Source: Candidatus Poribacteria bacterium
GTDB lineage: Bacteria; Poribacteria; WGA-4E; WGA-3G
Direction: 5' to 3'
Assembly (NCBI GenBank): GCA_965214095.1
Contig: OZ243938.1
Location: 384,001 to 448,000, forward strand
DNA length: 64,000 nt
Below, piece after piece: positions 61,187-64,000 of this stretch (position 1 is the stretch's first letter; each line of letters starts with the position of its first letter). The notes under the pieces were generated by a model. That model was not told the DNA's origin and made no database searches. It worked only from the letters and a program-made list of their open reading frames with translations. The position numbers were made by a program, and so were the translations under genes.

Positions 61187-61286
61187 GTTCGGTTTCCTAA
61201 CCGAACCTACCGGTACTGGAAGGACGCTAAATTGACGCTTATGGGTGGTTCTACACCATCCCACATAGATTTAGGATAAGCAGGCT

Positions 61287-62015
61287 TTGACTACAAATAG
61301 AGAAAAAACAAACATTAATCAAAAATCACCAAAAGCAGTTGTTCTACTCAGTGGTGGGTTAGATTCAACCACGACCTTAGCAATCGCAACTGCTGAAGGT
61401 TATGACTGTTATGTGATGAGTTTTCGATATGGACAACGAAATAATCTGGAATTAAAATTCGCACAAAATATCGCAAAATCATTTGATGCAAAACAACACA
61501 CTATTATTGACATAGACCTTCGTATATTTGGTGGATCAGCTCTAACTGCAAATATTGAAGTTCCCAAAGAACGATCAAAAACTGAACAAAGTAATAGCAT
61601 TCCTATAACTTATGTGCCTGCTCGTAATACGATTTTCCTCTCTTATGCACTTGCGTGGTCTGAAGTTCTTACCGCCGATGCAATTTTCATAGGTGTTAAC
61701 GCTATTGACTATAGTGGATACCCGGACTGTCGTCCTGAATATATTCAAACCTATGAAGAGTTGGCAAACCTTGCTACACAAACAAGTGTTGAAGGTAGGA
61801 CGAAAGTAAGAATCTGCACGCCTCTTATTGAGAAAACAAAGGCAGAAATTATCCAGATTGGAACATCTTTGGGTGTAGATTATAGTCTTACGCTGAGTTG
61901 CTATGATCCGGATTCTGAGGGTAGAGCATGTGGTAAATGCGATAGTTGTCATCTTCGTAGAAAAGGATTTGAAGATGCAGGTATATCCGATCCAACTGTA
62001 TATACTCAACCATAA
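61287..62015 (+). CDS. queC: 7-cyano-7-deazaguanine synthase
   Basis: [26 protein letters not shown]...CGKCDSC. Confidence 0.96.
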   Translation: MTTNREKTNINQKSPKAVVLLSGGLDSTTTLAIATAEGYDCYVMSFRYGQRNNLELKFAQNIAKSFDAKQHTIIDIDLRIFGGSALTANIEVPKERSKTEQSNSIPITYVPARNTIFLSYALAWSEVLTADAIFIGVNAIDYSGYPDCRPEYIQTYEELANLATQTSVEGRTKVRICTPLIEKTKAEIIQIGTSLGVDYSLTLSCYDPDSEGRACGKCDSCHLRRKGFEDAGISDPTVYTQP

Positions 62016-62027
62016 ATTTAAAAAAAT

Positions 62028-62735
62028 ATGATAAAAGCAGTATTCTTTGATTTTTATTACACATTAGGTGTTTGGGGACTTCCGTTGGAGGATAGTCTTC
62101 AAAAAATTGCAGATAGATATCAGTTTGAAATTGATTGGGAACTATATGCTAAGGCAGTTCAGCATCTGTTTGCTGAGGCCTCTGACACTGATCCAACAAA
62201 TCACTCATTATTAGAAACGTTGGATAAAATAGTTGAAAGTTACTGCGAATTTACACGAAATCTTGGTGTTCAGGAACATGCGGACCAGATGGCATGGGAA
62301 TTACTTCAAGCAGGACACTCGCTCTTTGCTGCAAATGTCGCCTCACTATACAACGACACTATTCCAACGCTTCAACGATTGCAAGATGAAGGATACAAAT
62401 TAGCAATCGTTTCAAATTGGGATACACCCTTAGACCCGCTTGCAGAACGTTTGGGAATAGCAAAGTATTTTGATGTAATCACCGCATCCCACGATACGCG
62501 TGTTCGGTCAGCAAAACCGGATTCACACATCTTTGAGTATACTTTAAATGCAGTCGGTGTGTCTGCGGAAGAAACCGTGCACGTAGGGGATACTTTTGAA
62601 GCAGATATTGTCGGTGCAAGAGATGTAGGTATTCGTCCTATTCTTATTGATCGAGAAGGCACACAGCACGGCAGATGGCATGAGACGATTCGCAGTCTTA
62701 CCGAACTTCCCGATATATTGAAAGATTCAAATTAG
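62028..62735 (+). CDS. HAD-superfamily hydrolase
   Basis: FFDFYYTL, VSNWD, KPD, VGD..EAD. Confidence 0.88.
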   Translation: MIKAVFFDFYYTLGVWGLPLEDSLQKIADRYQFEIDWELYAKAVQHLFAEASDTDPTNHSLLETLDKIVESYCEFTRNLGVQEHADQMAWELLQAGHSLFAANVASLYNDTIPTLQRLQDEGYKLAIVSNWDTPLDPLAERLGIAKYFDVITASHDTRVRSAKPDSHIFEYTLNAVGVSAEETVHVGDTFEADIVGARDVGIRPILIDREGTQHGRWHETIRSLTELPDILKDSN

Positions 62736-62775
62736 TCTCTACTAAGATTTCATACAATCTTCCATCGGTTTCATT

Positions 62776-63543
62776 TTATGATGTTGACGTGTCGGATTTC
62801 AAACGACTAATTTCTTCGCGGAGTCCTGCCAATTCTGCCTCGGCCTGTAAACGAGCCACTACTGCTTCTTCTGCTCTATTTTCTGCTTCTTTTGCTCTTA
62901 TCGTTGCAACAGTTGCTGGCGTTTCTAACCACTTCTCATTGTTAAGATCAAAAAATCCGAATTCCTCACCACGCAAACGTAGCTCTAAATCCAATGTCTC
63001 GGAATAAACATGACCATCAGCATCTGGTTGAATAGGAAGATATTCACCATCTACCAACCTAAAACCCAAAATTGGAATAGGCAGCAAACGTCTTTCAGGG
63101 TCGTATAGGAAGTATTCTAAAATTCCTATCTCCGCATAGAGATGTTTTTTCTCATTTTGGTCTTTACGATATGTATTTGGACTTGAGAACTCAAGCACGA
63201 AGTCAGGTGGTTTCCCTTCGTTCCATATCTGGTAAATGCGTCTTTCTTTCTTACCCACACCAAACGCAACAAACACATCAGGTGAGATTGATTTTTGAGG
63301 ATTTCCTTCTTCATAATACATCATCATGTTCCCTGATACACAGGTGTCTTTGTCATCTATGTAATGTAAAGATAACGTCTGAATTGACGAAATAAGACAA
63401 TCCCGATGACGTTCAGTTTCAGCCATTGGTTTCCCATCCGATTCTGGATAATAGATATCCGTATCTGTTGTCGGAGCATAACGTGGACGATAAGTGGAGT
63501 CTGTTGTTTTTGAGGGAGTAAATTGTCCATTTTTACCTGCCAT
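62776..63543 (-). CDS. Uma2 family endonuclease with coiled-coil tail
   Basis: YPESDGKPMAE, SPDVFV, PDFVLEFSS, EYFLYDP. Confidence 0.9.
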   Translation of the reverse strand: MAGKNGQFTPSKTTDSTYRPRYAPTTDTDIYYPESDGKPMAETERHRDCLISSIQTLSLHYIDDKDTCVSGNMMMYYEEGNPQKSISPDVFVAFGVGKKERRIYQIWNEGKPPDFVLEFSSPNTYRKDQNEKKHLYAEIGILEYFLYDPERRLLPIPILGFRLVDGEYLPIQPDADGHVYSETLDLELRLRGEEFGFFDLNNEKWLETPATVATIRAKEAENRAEEAVVARLQAEAELAGLREEISRLKSDTSTS

Positions 63544-63695
63544 TATCGCATCTCCTAAGTTTGTTTTTGTGTTTATTTGTTAAATATCGTTGTCCAATTT
63601 TATCTTATTGTTCTTGCTAAATCAATTGAATTCGTCTTTAAAGAATCTCTCTTGTCAGACGCTTTAATTCTGAACTGTGGAACTTACAACTACTC

Positions 63696-64000
63696 TTAGC
63701 TGAATTGTGATCGCAATGCCCACAATCCCTGTCCCGGTTCACTAATATAATAGAATCCACCATCATTGAACCCATCTGCAAGTGTTTCTGGATTGTAGAG
63801 TTCCAACACTTTCTCCAATGGCATCCATTCATAACCTACAGATTCAATTTCTTGTTGAGATAAATGTTCTGTGGCATAGACAACCTTGAATCGTCCTTCA
63901 GTACTCCCATGTATTAGATGGGCAGCAGCAGAAAGATTTTCTCTGAGCTCAGAATTTTCCTCAACTGCTTTGAGTGTTGCAGGTGTTCCGCGATATCCGT
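63696..64000 (-). CDS. 3' end of a DUF2088/LarA-like protein (5' end outside window)
   Basis: GYRGTP...NLSAAAHLIHGSTEGRF...YISEPGQGLWA; frame not in ORF track. Confidence 0.65.
   Translation of the reverse strand, partial: GYRGTPATLKAVEENSELRENLSAAAHLIHGSTEGRFKVVYATEHLSQQEIESVGYEWMPLEKVLELYNPETLADGFNDGGFYYISEPGQGLWALRSQFS

Larger units (their letters stand above)
59618..61274. mobile_element. Nested structure: MITE homologous to 55868-56038 carrying a full IS4; 31-bp flanking direct repeats
   Basis: 59618-59648 matches 61244-61274 (1 mismatch); MITE arms match the 55.9-kb copy. Confidence 0.75.

Noticed and set aside
43-63832. Numerous short ORFs overlapping longer genes (e.g. 43-288, 2885-3349, 5383-5928, 63638-63832)
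   Set aside because: Shadow or alternative-frame ORFs of well-supported genes, with no motifs

Overview
Low-GC bacterial chromosome segment. Its gene mix resembles Candidatus Poribacteria (inference): five Uma2 nucleases, four PhyH dioxygenases, two LamG proteins with a VxP-xx-K-x-xx-xW C-terminal tail, and dockerin, WD40, ankyrin and TPR proteins. Bases 1-10.2 kb form a decaying accessory/defence island. It holds TPR genes, a frameshifted prokaryotic viperin, a twice-frameshifted tyrosine recombinase plus a second diverged copy of its 3' end, a CoiA-like nuclease, a WD40 gene and a frameshifted DDE IS. The rest is metabolic and housekeeping (SDR, GT2, yitJ-like, mutY, TPP enzymes, ABC permeases, NuoE-F fusion, queC, tRNA-Asn) with many small palindromic elements between genes. 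Four non-coding features stand out. (1) A 571-bp IS605-type element with both ends intact, no tnpA/tnpB and a hairpin-rich interior, lying between a strong promoter and a DUF1080 gene. (2) GTAG-REP hairpins enclosed in at least four kinds of terminal-inverted-repeat shell; IS231-like IS4 ends are joined three times at the same base of the hairpin. (3) One such element inserted in frame into the WD40 gene. (4) A two-state hairpin/pseudoknot leader in front of the methionine-synthesis gene. All calls come from reading the sequence; no searches or folding programs were run.
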